From Bacteroidales bacterium UBA2198 (lineage in GTDB: Bacteria; Bacteroidota; Bacteroidia; Bacteroidales; VadinHA17): a stretch of 64,000 bases of DNA. The translations under genes and the position numbers were made by a program. A model generated the notes under the pieces. It was not told where the DNA came from and made no database searches. It saw only the letters and a program-made list of their open reading frames with translations. The stretch is from assembly GCA_002328625.1 (NCBI GenBank), contig DCVC01000177.1, positions 9,816-73,815 on the forward strand, given 5' to 3'. Of this stretch, positions 1 to 8,425 are shown piece after piece (the stretch's first letter is position 1; each line of letters begins with the position of its first letter).

Positions 1-201
1 CTGATCCTTTTTACCAGATTCCAGTAATTTGTAATTGATCCATCCAAAGCTAAATCCCTCATTGCCGCTTGCAGTGCTGGTCATCACCCTGCCTTGCCAT
101 GCCGGAACAATTAATACTTTCGAATTATTGCCACTGTCAGTCAGTTCAATTATTTCTACATGCCTTTTTAGAAAATCGAAATCTTTTAAATAAGTGTTCA
201 T
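1..201 (-). CDS. hypothetical protein, N-terminal part only (runs off window start)
   Basis: A minus-strand ATG at 201..199 opens a frame that continues to position 1 (MNTYLKDFDFLKRHVEIIELTDSGNNSKVLIVPAWQGRVMTSTASGNEGFSFGW...). It is absent from the ORF track because it is truncated. It has the same orientation as the upstream operon. No motif recognised. Confidence 0.35.
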   Translation of the reverse strand, partial: MNTYLKDFDFLKRHVEIIELTDSGNNSKVLIVPAWQGRVMTSTASGNEGFSFGWINYKLLESGKKDQ

Positions 202-357
202 AGTTGTTTTTGTTTGTCTTGTGCATAATAACATCAGAGATGATATAAGCAAGATTACAATTAATCCAGAGGGTTTCAAAATCTTTTGTTTTTTTATTAT
301 TGCTTTCATAAATGAATTACTTATTCTTATTAAAATTGTTTCAATTGTTGATTTGCG

Positions 358-1218
358 TTACAGTTTTTCCCGTATGAAATTCAACGCTCTTTTCGCATCC
401 TTATCCATATCAACGCCGATGCTTAAATCTCTGAATATCTTGATGTCGCGGCCTACTTCACCACCCGGTATAAGAAAAGGCTCCATCACTATTGATCCGG
501 TATAATTGATATCTTTCAATCCCTTCATCATTTCGTCCCATGGAAAACGGCCAACGCCCGGGGCTTTTCGGTTGGTCTCGCCAATGTGTACATGGCCGAG
601 GTTGTCTCCTGCAGTAATGACGGCATCATAAATATTGTCTTCTTCAATGTTCATGTGAAAGGAATCGAGCAATATTTTACAATGGTCGCTCCCTACCTGT
701 TCTACATAACTCACAGCCTCATTACATGTATTTAATAAATACTGTTCAAACCGGTTTACAACTTCTACATTAAATAATACATTACAATCTTCAGCTTTTT
801 TCATAACTTCCCTCATAGCCGCCACACTCCGATCCCAGTATGGTCTTTTATCCGTTACCCCCGGGGGCAGAGTACCCGGCCATGAGCTGTAAACTATACC
901 TCCCAACTCCTTGGCTTCCATATATTTCAGCATTTCTGCCTGTTGCTTTAGGAAGTTTATGCCATTTTGCCGTATTTCCGCATCTTCGGAGGCTATATCG
1001 TAATTTGCAGTCAGCCCAATGCAAAATGTAAGTTCAGTATTGTACCTCTTGGCTTCATCCTTCAACCGATCTCTTTGATGATCAGACATTTTCGCTACAG
1101 TTCCGGAATTTACTTCAAGTATATCGAAGCCAAGATTTGCAACCTTTTTAACGTAGGGAACAAAATCTGCATCCCAGTTTCGTTCCCAGTACGCGTAATA
1201 TATTCCGATTTTATTCAT
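358..1218 (-). CDS. D-psicose (D-allulose)/D-tagatose 3-epimerase family, xylose-isomerase-like TIM barrel
   Basis: Full-length similarity by eye to ketose 3-epimerases: IGIYYAYWE..., EVVNRFEQYLLNT, LLDSFHMNIEE, GHVHIGETNR, INYTGSIVMEPF (the conserved metal-ligand motifs E..D..H..E). Confidence 0.85.
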   Translation of the reverse strand: MNKIGIYYAYWERNWDADFVPYVKKVANLGFDILEVNSGTVAKMSDHQRDRLKDEAKRYNTELTFCIGLTANYDIASEDAEIRQNGINFLKQQAEMLKYMEAKELGGIVYSSWPGTLPPGVTDKRPYWDRSVAAMREVMKKAEDCNVLFNVEVVNRFEQYLLNTCNEAVSYVEQVGSDHCKILLDSFHMNIEEDNIYDAVITAGDNLGHVHIGETNRKAPGVGRFPWDEMMKGLKDINYTGSIVMEPFLIPGGEVGRDIKIFRDLSIGVDMDKDAKRALNFIREKL

Positions 1219-1254
1219 GATGTCAGAACTAGTGTTAAATATGATCAGTATAAA

Positions 1255-2886
1255 TTATTCATTGAAAGCCTGGAACTCTAAAATTCTAGGCGACTCATCA
1301 TTTGTGGCAGATACGATATATAATCTGATTTTACTGGTCATGATGTCAGCAAATTTATCCATCTTATGCTCCCCTATCGCGCCACCCTGGCTCACCGCAT
1401 CCTTCCACAATGAGGATGGCTGGTCCCAGTACTGTATCTTGTAGTTTTCAACACAGGTTGTGATAGTCCCACTGGAGAATTCAAATATCTCGGTCTTGTT
1501 TACCGTCTCTATCCGTCCAAAGTCAACAGATACCCATGAGTCTTTGCCTGTTTTAGGCTGCCAATAGTAAGTTCGCGTAAGTAAATTGCCATCGTTCACC
1601 CTTTCTGCTGAAAAGGCATCTCCATCCTGATATACGCTAGATGCGGTCGCCGGTTTAAGCAAATTTAAATTACTGTTTTTAGGGCTTGGCGGGATCGAAT
1701 CTTCTGCCGTGTAAAGTTTCATGGTCAGAACATTAAAGCAAAAGTGTTTTAGTGGACGAACCCCAAAAGGCGCATCTGAGCCTGTAGCGAGTTTCATGGT
1801 TTTCCCGTCATCACTGGTGAACTTTCCCAGTATACTCGGATCGTACCAGCCATAGGGATAGGCATCGCAGAGTCCCACCAGCGACCATTTTCCCCATGGT
1901 GTGGGCGATTCATAAACTGTTATAATACTGTACATGTTGTTTGAGGGATATACTTCCGTGAAGAACCACCCGACCATAATGTACCTGCCTAATGCGGCAT
2001 TGTATTGAACACAGGACATTCCGCATTTTCCCGGGTTGTCGATGATATGTCCGGCCGTGGTAGCATCCGTACTCCAGTTAGCATCCAACAAACCATCTCC
2101 ACCCTTGTAGAACTGATAATCAGCGCCGCTCAGGTCAGGGAGTTTGGACATTGGTACTCTTGCCAGCATATAGTAATCACCGTTGCTCCATCCTACATCG
2201 TTCGATGTTAGGTAGACGTACTTGTCGGAATTGTCCGACGCTGGCCTGCCGGTTCCGTCTTTGCCGTAGTTTATAAAACTGGCGACTGGAAAACTGGTCC
2301 CGGGGAATGTATAATTTGTTCCGATGTCATTTGGCCCAGGTACCCAGGTCAAACCGTGGTCTGACGATTTAACAACTGTGCAGTTATGCATAGACAGAGC
2401 GTAAGTGGAAGGAATTGGAATACTCTGGTTTTGCTTGCCGTATGGCCCCATACCGTTTAGTGCGGCATAAAATACGCCGTCGATACAAGTAATTCCCATC
2501 GTCTTTACTGAGCCCTTGAATGGATCGGACAGAAAGGCGGAATAACTATCAATGCCCCTTACTACAGTTCCTGTCAGAGTATTAGGATCACTTCCCTCCA
2601 ATTTTGATAGTACCACCTGAGTATAATGCCAATCCCACTGATTTTGATTGCCAAAGCCCCATCCATCCCCACAAAGATTATAGATATTGTCGTCATCCGC
2701 CCAGGTTGAAATCCAGATATCCCCATAGCTTTCGGTGAGGTAGGTCTTGTCCGGCGTAGCGTTTATAATTGCCTTGATAACAGACGTGCTTCCCTCGACA
2801 TCGACTATCGGTTCAGGACTTCTTCTGCTACAGCATAATATGCAGACCAACATGAATAACGTGAAGATAACCCTTCCACCTTTCAT
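1255..2886 (-). CDS. secreted lipoprotein: beta-propeller-like N-domain (DUF4185/sialidase-like guess) plus C-terminal F5/8 type C (discoidin, CBM32-like) domain
   Basis: Signal peptide MKGGRVIFTLFMLVCILCCS; start moved to the internal Met. C-terminal ~150 aa (NLLKPATASSVYQDGDAFSAERVNDGN...ILEFQAFNE) is discoidin-like. The N-domain family assignment is tentative. Confidence 0.55.
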   Translation of the reverse strand: MKGGRVIFTLFMLVCILCCSRRSPEPIVDVEGSTSVIKAIINATPDKTYLTESYGDIWISTWADDDNIYNLCGDGWGFGNQNQWDWHYTQVVLSKLEGSDPNTLTGTVVRGIDSYSAFLSDPFKGSVKTMGITCIDGVFYAALNGMGPYGKQNQSIPIPSTYALSMHNCTVVKSSDHGLTWVPGPNDIGTNYTFPGTSFPVASFINYGKDGTGRPASDNSDKYVYLTSNDVGWSNGDYYMLARVPMSKLPDLSGADYQFYKGGDGLLDANWSTDATTAGHIIDNPGKCGMSCVQYNAALGRYIMVGWFFTEVYPSNNMYSIITVYESPTPWGKWSLVGLCDAYPYGWYDPSILGKFTSDDGKTMKLATGSDAPFGVRPLKHFCFNVLTMKLYTAEDSIPPSPKNSNLNLLKPATASSVYQDGDAFSAERVNDGNLLTRTYYWQPKTGKDSWVSVDFGRIETVNKTEIFEFSSGTITTCVENYKIQYWDQPSSLWKDAVSQGGAIGEHKMDKFADIMTSKIRLYIVSATNDESPRILEFQAFNE

Positions 2887-2933
2887 AATTTTTCTTTTTG
2901 AGAAACCTGATTCACTTTGCATAAATTTTTATT

Positions 2934-3812
2934 TTAGTTCTTTTTTATATCATATCTGAAATGAGTCTCAGGGACGATCAGGTTTAAGTTATCACTATTT
3001 ATTTTTCGGCTTTTTTGTCGGAGCGTTTTAACCTCAATAGTATTAAAAGTAAACATGCCAAAATGATGTACTATCAGGTTGTGAATATTGCTCCTGATAC
3101 ATAATTCCACAGCCTCATCGAAGCTAAAATTTCCTGGCACTCCCCTGTCCTTCCTGTACTTATCTCGTCCGTTAACCGGTAAGAATGCAACATCAATTTT
3201 AGACCTCACTAATTTTTCAGATAAGCCGATATAAGGTACACAATCTCCACTATGATAGATAGTATAAGGGCCGATAGATAAAATATATCCCAAATAGTAA
3301 AATTCAGATTTTTCATTTTCCCTAAGTTCTTCATGCGCGGAGGGAACAACTTCAAGTTTAATACCTGCTATCAGTTCAATTGAATCTCCGGCATTAACCG
3401 CGATCAATTGATTGTCCTGCACACCCCTTTCAACAGCAGTAGATTTTTCGGTTTTAGGTACGATGAATTTACACCCCGGGTTATTACGTGCCAATACAGA
3501 CAATGTTAAGGGATCCATGTGATCGGAATGTCCATGAGTGCAAAGTACAAAATCCAATTGTCTGATTTGCTCCGGATCAACAGGGGGGGGCATCATCCTT
3601 ATATACGGGAATTCCTTCCCCTTATATTTTTGAGCAAGAAAATCAGACAGGTATGGATCAATTAAGATGGAATTATTTACAAATTTGAGATAAAACCCTG
3701 CCTGTCCCAGCCACCAGAATGATAGAGAGTTGTCTGAAGATTCAGCCGAATTTTCAGAGTAAATAATTATTTTATTCTTCTTAATTTTCAATATATTTAT
3801 TTCCTTAGCCAT
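2934..3812 (-). CDS. metallo-beta-lactamase-fold hydrolase (UlaG-like)
   Basis: HxHxDH motif (CTHGHSDHMD) and downstream His/Asp (YHSGDC). Overlaps the upstream MFS gene by 16 nt, suggesting translational coupling. Confidence 0.75.
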   Translation of the reverse strand: MAKEINILKIKKNKIIIYSENSAESSDNSLSFWWLGQAGFYLKFVNNSILIDPYLSDFLAQKYKGKEFPYIRMMPPPVDPEQIRQLDFVLCTHGHSDHMDPLTLSVLARNNPGCKFIVPKTEKSTAVERGVQDNQLIAVNAGDSIELIAGIKLEVVPSAHEELRENEKSEFYYLGYILSIGPYTIYHSGDCVPYIGLSEKLVRSKIDVAFLPVNGRDKYRKDRGVPGNFSFDEAVELCIRSNIHNLIVHHFGMFTFNTIEVKTLRQKSRKINSDNLNLIVPETHFRYDIKKN

Positions 3813-5185
3813 GATTTTTCAATCTCTTCCAATGTTTTTCCCTTCGTTTCCGGCATAACTTTCCAGATAAAAAAGAATTGTGGGATAAGGAATATGGAAA
3901 ACAGGAAAAATATGGCAGCCATACCCATACTTTCACGAATCATCGGAAAAACAAGATTTAGTATCCAATTTGTCAACCATACAGCTAACGAAGCAATGGC
4001 AACAGCCCTTCCCCGTATTTTTATTGGGAATATTTCTGCAGCAACAACCCACTTTATCGGACCCATTGAAAAGGCAAAAAAGGCCACAAACGAGCAAATG
4101 AGCACAACGGGAAGCATTCCATCAGTCCTTCCGGTCAAAAAACAAAAACCAAGGGAAAGCATGGATAAAAAAGCCCCTGTATTCCCCCAGAACAGCAATG
4201 GTCGTCTGCCAAAAGAGTCTAATTTCCAAAGGGTTATTATGGTAAACAGCACATTAACGATGCCAACCGGAACGAATCCTCCAAGTGCATCGCTTAACTT
4301 AAAACCTGCTTTTTCCAAAATATCCGGGCCATAATAAAAGATCACCGTTATCCCGCTTAATTCAGAGACTATGGAAAGAAACAGGGCTACATAAAGAGCT
4401 TTCCTTAATCCGGGTTTTAGCAGGTCGGTTAGTCTCACAGACCCCTGTTTCAGTGTTTCATCTATATCGGCTATTTCTTGTTCGGCAGTCTTTTCATCAG
4501 CAAATTTATGCAATACGCTTCTTGCCTTCTGGGGAAAACCCTGTTTCATAAGCCACCTGGGGCTTTCAGGAACAAAAAAGAGGCTGGTGGTAAACAACAG
4601 CGCCGGTATCAGCATAGCGAACAACATACCTCTCCAGGTTTCCTGAACTATCATCCAGTGAAAAACACCGGTTGATATCGTATTAATATTATTATCAGCA
4701 AAATTTTTAAGTGATGAATTTACAAATAATGCCGTTAAAATGCCGATAGTAATTGCAAATTGAAAAAGTGTGGTCATTCTTCCGCGTATTTGCGGCGGCG
4801 ATATTTCCGAAATATACAGTCCTGACAGCACAGAAGTAATTCCCACTCCAATTCCGCCGATCATTCTGATAATGATCAGATAAATCACATTGGGTGCTAT
4901 GCCGCATCCGAGCGAGGCAATTATAAACAATAGTCCGGAGAGAATCAGAACTTTTTTCCTGCCGAACTTATCGCTGAGGTAGCCGGCAACCAGGCAACCA
5001 ATTATAGCCCCTAATAGAACTGAGCTTACCAGCATACCTTCCATTCCCGTACTCAGCTCAAACTGTTTTCTCAATAGTCCAATAGTACCAGAAATTACAG
5101 CAGTATCATACCCGAACAGTAACCCTCCTAACGCAGCTACAATACAGATAAACCACAGGTAGGCTCTGTTTATTTTATTTCCCAT
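3797..5185 (-). CDS. MFS sugar porter family transporter
   Basis: 12-TM profile with sugar-porter signatures: GGLLFGYDTAVISG, GRKKVLILSG, PESPRWL, PETKGKTLEEIE. Confidence 0.85.
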   Translation of the reverse strand: MGNKINRAYLWFICIVAALGGLLFGYDTAVISGTIGLLRKQFELSTGMEGMLVSSVLLGAIIGCLVAGYLSDKFGRKKVLILSGLLFIIASLGCGIAPNVIYLIIIRMIGGIGVGITSVLSGLYISEISPPQIRGRMTTLFQFAITIGILTALFVNSSLKNFADNNINTISTGVFHWMIVQETWRGMLFAMLIPALLFTTSLFFVPESPRWLMKQGFPQKARSVLHKFADEKTAEQEIADIDETLKQGSVRLTDLLKPGLRKALYVALFLSIVSELSGITVIFYYGPDILEKAGFKLSDALGGFVPVGIVNVLFTIITLWKLDSFGRRPLLFWGNTGAFLSMLSLGFCFLTGRTDGMLPVVLICSFVAFFAFSMGPIKWVVAAEIFPIKIRGRAVAIASLAVWLTNWILNLVFPMIRESMGMAAIFFLFSIFLIPQFFFIWKVMPETKGKTLEEIEKSWLRK

Positions 5186-5796
5186 TTGCAGTTTAGTTTA
5201 ATTTGGTTCCAATTTTTCTTATTTATGTCTTCAGCTTTTGCGATCCATGTACCTCCTACAGCAAGAACCTGTGGAACATTAAGGTATTGATTGATATTAT
5301 CCGGGGTTATTCCCCCGGTAGGAATAAATCTTACGCCAAGATGGGCGTAAGGTGCGGCCAGGCTTTTCAGCATTTTCGTACCTCCTGCAGCTTCGGCGGG
5401 GAAAAACTTTAAAATTTTAATTCCATAACCGAGCGCTCCTTCAATATCTGTAGGAGTCATTATTCCCGGCGAAAAGGGAAAATTCAATTTAAGGGCTTCT
5501 TCAACTATCCTGTAGTTAAAACCGGGAGCGACACCAAACATTGCGCCGCAATCAATCGCTTTTTTCAAATTATCGATCGTTAAAATGGTACCGGCCCCAA
5601 TTAGCATGTCCGGTCGTTCTTTTGCAATTTTTGATATTACTGCTGATGCAGCCACGGTGCGGAAGGTAATCTCTGCAACAGGCAACCCCCCTTCGAATAA
5701 AGCATCTGCTAAAGGTAATGCAGCGTCTGCATCCTCTATTGCTATAACAGGGACAATCCGCAATTTTTCGAAAATTTGATAAATTTCTTCTTTCAT
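5170..5796 (-). CDS. eda: 2-dehydro-3-deoxyphosphogluconate / 4-hydroxy-2-oxoglutarate aldolase
   Basis: Collinear with E. coli Eda: VPVIAIED, EITFRT, GAGTIL, KFFPAEAAGG, FIPTGGI, GGTW. Confidence 0.85.
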   Translation of the reverse strand: MKEEIYQIFEKLRIVPVIAIEDADAALPLADALFEGGLPVAEITFRTVAASAVISKIAKERPDMLIGAGTILTIDNLKKAIDCGAMFGVAPGFNYRIVEEALKLNFPFSPGIMTPTDIEGALGYGIKILKFFPAEAAGGTKMLKSLAAPYAHLGVRFIPTGGITPDNINQYLNVPQVLAVGGTWIAKAEDINKKNWNQIKLNCKWEIK

Positions 5797-5818
5797 AAAG
5801 TGAGTAGTTATTGATTCG

Positions 5819-6742
5819 TTACTTTAAATATATCAACAAATTATCTACAGCGCCATCCACTGCCCTGTCAACGCTTTCCCTGGTGAATCCGCCAATATGA
5901 GGAGTAGCAATAACTTTGTTGTGCTTCACTATTCTGGTATCTACAGGTGGTTCATTTCGAAACACATCCGTAGCTAATCCGCTTATGATCCCACTATCTA
6001 ATGCTTCAATCATTGCCTCGTCATTTATTAATTCACCTCTTGCAGTGTTAATAATATAAGCCCCTTTCTTCATACCCCAAATAAAAGATTTGTCGACCAG
6101 GGGTGCTCCATCTTCAGGGGCAGGAATATGCAAGCTGATTATGTCCGACTTTGCCAATAACTCTTTCATGCCTGCATACTGAAAATTTTCAGAGAGCGTA
6201 AAATTATCGTTCGTAAAAAGATCAAAAGCGATTACATACATCCCCATACCGAGCGCCATACAGGCTACTTCTTTTCCAATCCGGCCGCAGCCGATGAGCC
6301 CAAGTGTTTTTCCTTTAATCTCAATCCCCAGTCTTCGTTCCCATTGACCCTCCTTCAACTTTCCGTCGCTAAAAGGGATCGACCTGGTAATAGCAAAAAT
6401 AAGAGACATGGTCAACTCAGCCGCACCCCGGGCGTTTGCTCCTTCAGTTTTACAAATTCGAATGTTCAGGTTTTGGGCAGCTTTCAAGTCAATATTATCA
6501 GTCCCCACCCCGTTTCTACTTATTACTTCGAGTCCGTTTGCAGCGCTTAATACATTGGCAGATATCTTTTCAACTCCCGCAAGATACCCGCAACACCCAG
6601 GTAGTATATTGATGAGCTCCTCTTCTGAAGGTTGTTTCCCCGGCGAACAGAACACAATCTCATACCCTGCGTTTCGTAGCCGGTTCAATGCAGGATGTCC
6701 GTCTTTGGTAATGGAACGGGGTGTGACAAGGATTTTTTTCAT
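5819..6742 (-). CDS. D-isomer-specific 2-hydroxyacid dehydrogenase (PGDH-like)
   Basis: Rossmann motif GLIGCGRIGKEVA; catalytic region NTARG...D; HIGG near the C-terminus. Confidence 0.8.
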   Translation of the reverse strand: MKKILVTPRSITKDGHPALNRLRNAGYEIVFCSPGKQPSEEELINILPGCCGYLAGVEKISANVLSAANGLEVISRNGVGTDNIDLKAAQNLNIRICKTEGANARGAAELTMSLIFAITRSIPFSDGKLKEGQWERRLGIEIKGKTLGLIGCGRIGKEVACMALGMGMYVIAFDLFTNDNFTLSENFQYAGMKELLAKSDIISLHIPAPEDGAPLVDKSFIWGMKKGAYIINTARGELINDEAMIEALDSGIISGLATDVFRNEPPVDTRIVKHNKVIATPHIGGFTRESVDRAVDGAVDNLLIYLK

Positions 6743-6749
6743 TGTTTTA

Positions 6750-7325
6750 TCATATAATCCGGACTGTGTTTTCTATTTCAACAATACGTCTGGGAAATCC
6801 CTGCTCAAGTATATCGCCGTAATTGTGTCCAGCCTCTGCCGGATAAACGCAAAACGAAATAAGCGGTATAACCCCCGTATTTACCGAACGATGAGCCCAA
6901 TACGGTGGAACATATACCATCTGACCCCGCTCCATACGAACAGCTTCGCACTTGCCTTCATTTGTCTTCATCAGCATATATCCTTCGCCCTTCAGGCATA
7001 AGTATATTTCGGCAGTTTGTTCAACTTTATGATAATGTCCTTTGGTAAAAAAGTACTCCTCTCCTATTTTACCCGGATGGAGTTTGCTGATACAATACAT
7101 CAGATGACCGTATTCCTCAGGTACTGGAAATTCAAATACCTCATAGTGTATAGGATTGGCATCCCTGTTTATCAGTTCCTGCAATGCATCTTCATTCATA
7201 TAGTATCCTTTCATGTCGGATGCCCGTCTTACCAGATGATTGGTCGCCTGCGGCATATTTCCAGTTTCAAGGTCTATTCCAAGGCTGAAAGGATTAATAA
7301 AGGTGGTTATATTTTTAGTCATCAT
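6750..7325 (-). CDS. cupin-type (archaeal-type) glucose-6-phosphate isomerase family
   Basis: 191 aa, collinear with the Pyrococcus-type cPGI: YFFTKGHYHKV..AEIY, VYVPPYWAHRSVNTG, YPAEAGHNYG. Confidence 0.8.
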   Translation of the reverse strand: MMTKNITTFINPFSLGIDLETGNMPQATNHLVRRASDMKGYYMNEDALQELINRDANPIHYEVFEFPVPEEYGHLMYCISKLHPGKIGEEYFFTKGHYHKVEQTAEIYLCLKGEGYMLMKTNEGKCEAVRMERGQMVYVPPYWAHRSVNTGVIPLISFCVYPAEAGHNYGDILEQGFPRRIVEIENTVRII

Positions 7326-7348
7326 TGGCTATCAGTTTTTCTGGTTTG

Positions 7349-8305
7349 CTACATACGGTAATTATTCTTTTGCTCTGAAGCTATTTCCGATAATTTATCG
7401 AATTTCATACCACTGGTTGGGATTTCTATATGAAAAACCTCAGAAATTACACTGGTCCAGCCATGAATAAAATATACCCAGCCATCTTCAATGGTAAGGT
7501 TTTTCTCTATTTGCTGTTTCCTCGCCTGTTCAAGAAAAACCAAATCTCCCCTGTAATTGAAATCCCATGCCAGGCCATTTTCCGGAAATTTTGCATTATA
7601 ACTAAGAGGAGAACCGGGTGCATCTTTCCCCATGCCGGTGGCATTAATTACAAGTGAACCGGGTTTTAAACGATTCATTATATTATCGCTAATGTCCGGC
7701 GACGGGGCATGAATATACTCCACATAAACTGCAGTATTAAGCTGGGCATGAATAGTTTTAACCTCTTCAAGCCGGGGGATGCTTCTGTTTGCAACAATTA
7801 TTTTTGACGGACGATTTTCACCATGCTCTTTCTTCATCAGGTACCATGAAATAGCGATTGCCGACCCTCCTGCACCCAAAATAAAGACTTCAGCACCTGT
7901 TTTTTCCCAGTGATTTTCAGGAATAAATGCTTTCAGGGACAGTCCGCTTGATATGGGATCTTTGGCATGACCATATAATTTCCCATCTCTTTTAGAAATA
8001 CTGCTGATTTCACCCATTAAACCTGCATATTCATCCAACACATCAAATTGATCCCTGCAGGCTTTAAGCAAGTCGATTTTATGTGTTGTCACCAACGCTC
8101 CCAGTGAAAACGGTTCATTTTTTATAAACTCTACCGCATCCCTGTACTTTTGAGGTTCGTCATGAAGCATAAAATCAATTCCTTTTATCTCGCAAGTCCC
8201 CAGACCAAGGTATTCCGCCCATGCGGGAAACACCTTCATTATTGATGATTTAGAAGTAGTCACACCAATAAAATACATAGTTGGTTTTATTGCTTTCTGA
8301 TACAT
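7349..8305 (-). CDS. shikimate/quinate dehydrogenase family protein (divergent)
   Basis: AroE-like order of motifs: GALVTTHK (catalytic Lys region), GHAKDP (Asp region), ILGAGGSAIA, VANRS, INATGMG, DFNYRG. The substrate-binding N-terminus is atypical. Confidence 0.6.
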   Translation of the reverse strand: MYQKAIKPTMYFIGVTTSKSSIMKVFPAWAEYLGLGTCEIKGIDFMLHDEPQKYRDAVEFIKNEPFSLGALVTTHKIDLLKACRDQFDVLDEYAGLMGEISSISKRDGKLYGHAKDPISSGLSLKAFIPENHWEKTGAEVFILGAGGSAIAISWYLMKKEHGENRPSKIIVANRSIPRLEEVKTIHAQLNTAVYVEYIHAPSPDISDNIMNRLKPGSLVINATGMGKDAPGSPLSYNAKFPENGLAWDFNYRGDLVFLEQARKQQIEKNLTIEDGWVYFIHGWTSVISEVFHIEIPTSGMKFDKLSEIASEQKNNYRM

Positions 8306-8336
8306 TTCGCTTCTCTTTTACATATCATAAGTATTA

Positions 8337-8377
8337 ATAGATGTAATCCTGTAATTACATGATGCAATTTAAAAACT
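8337..8377 (-). promoter_or_regulatory. conserved 41-nt element, copy A, containing palindrome TGTAATTACA (8350..8359)
   Basis: 37/41 identical to 15675..15715. Lies 32-72 nt upstream of the start codon at 8305. The minus-strand reading is AGTTTTTAAATTGCATCATGTAATTACAGGATTACATCTAT. Confidence 0.5.
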
Positions 8378-8425
8378 ATTTTGATTGGCACAAATATTAT
8401 TGTAAAAAATATTTGGCTTGCACTA

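Noticed and set aside
6408..7001. Long plus-strand ORFs lying antisense to well-supported minus-strand genes (for example 6408..7001 at 197 aa, 42525..43019 at 164 aa, 57392..58051 at 219 aa, 3894..4334 at 146 aa).
   Set aside because: Each lies fully inside a gene with clear family motifs on the opposite strand. Their translations are low-complexity with no recognisable motifs, and they cluster in the GC-richer genes, where stop codons are rarer. I treat them as shadow ORFs.
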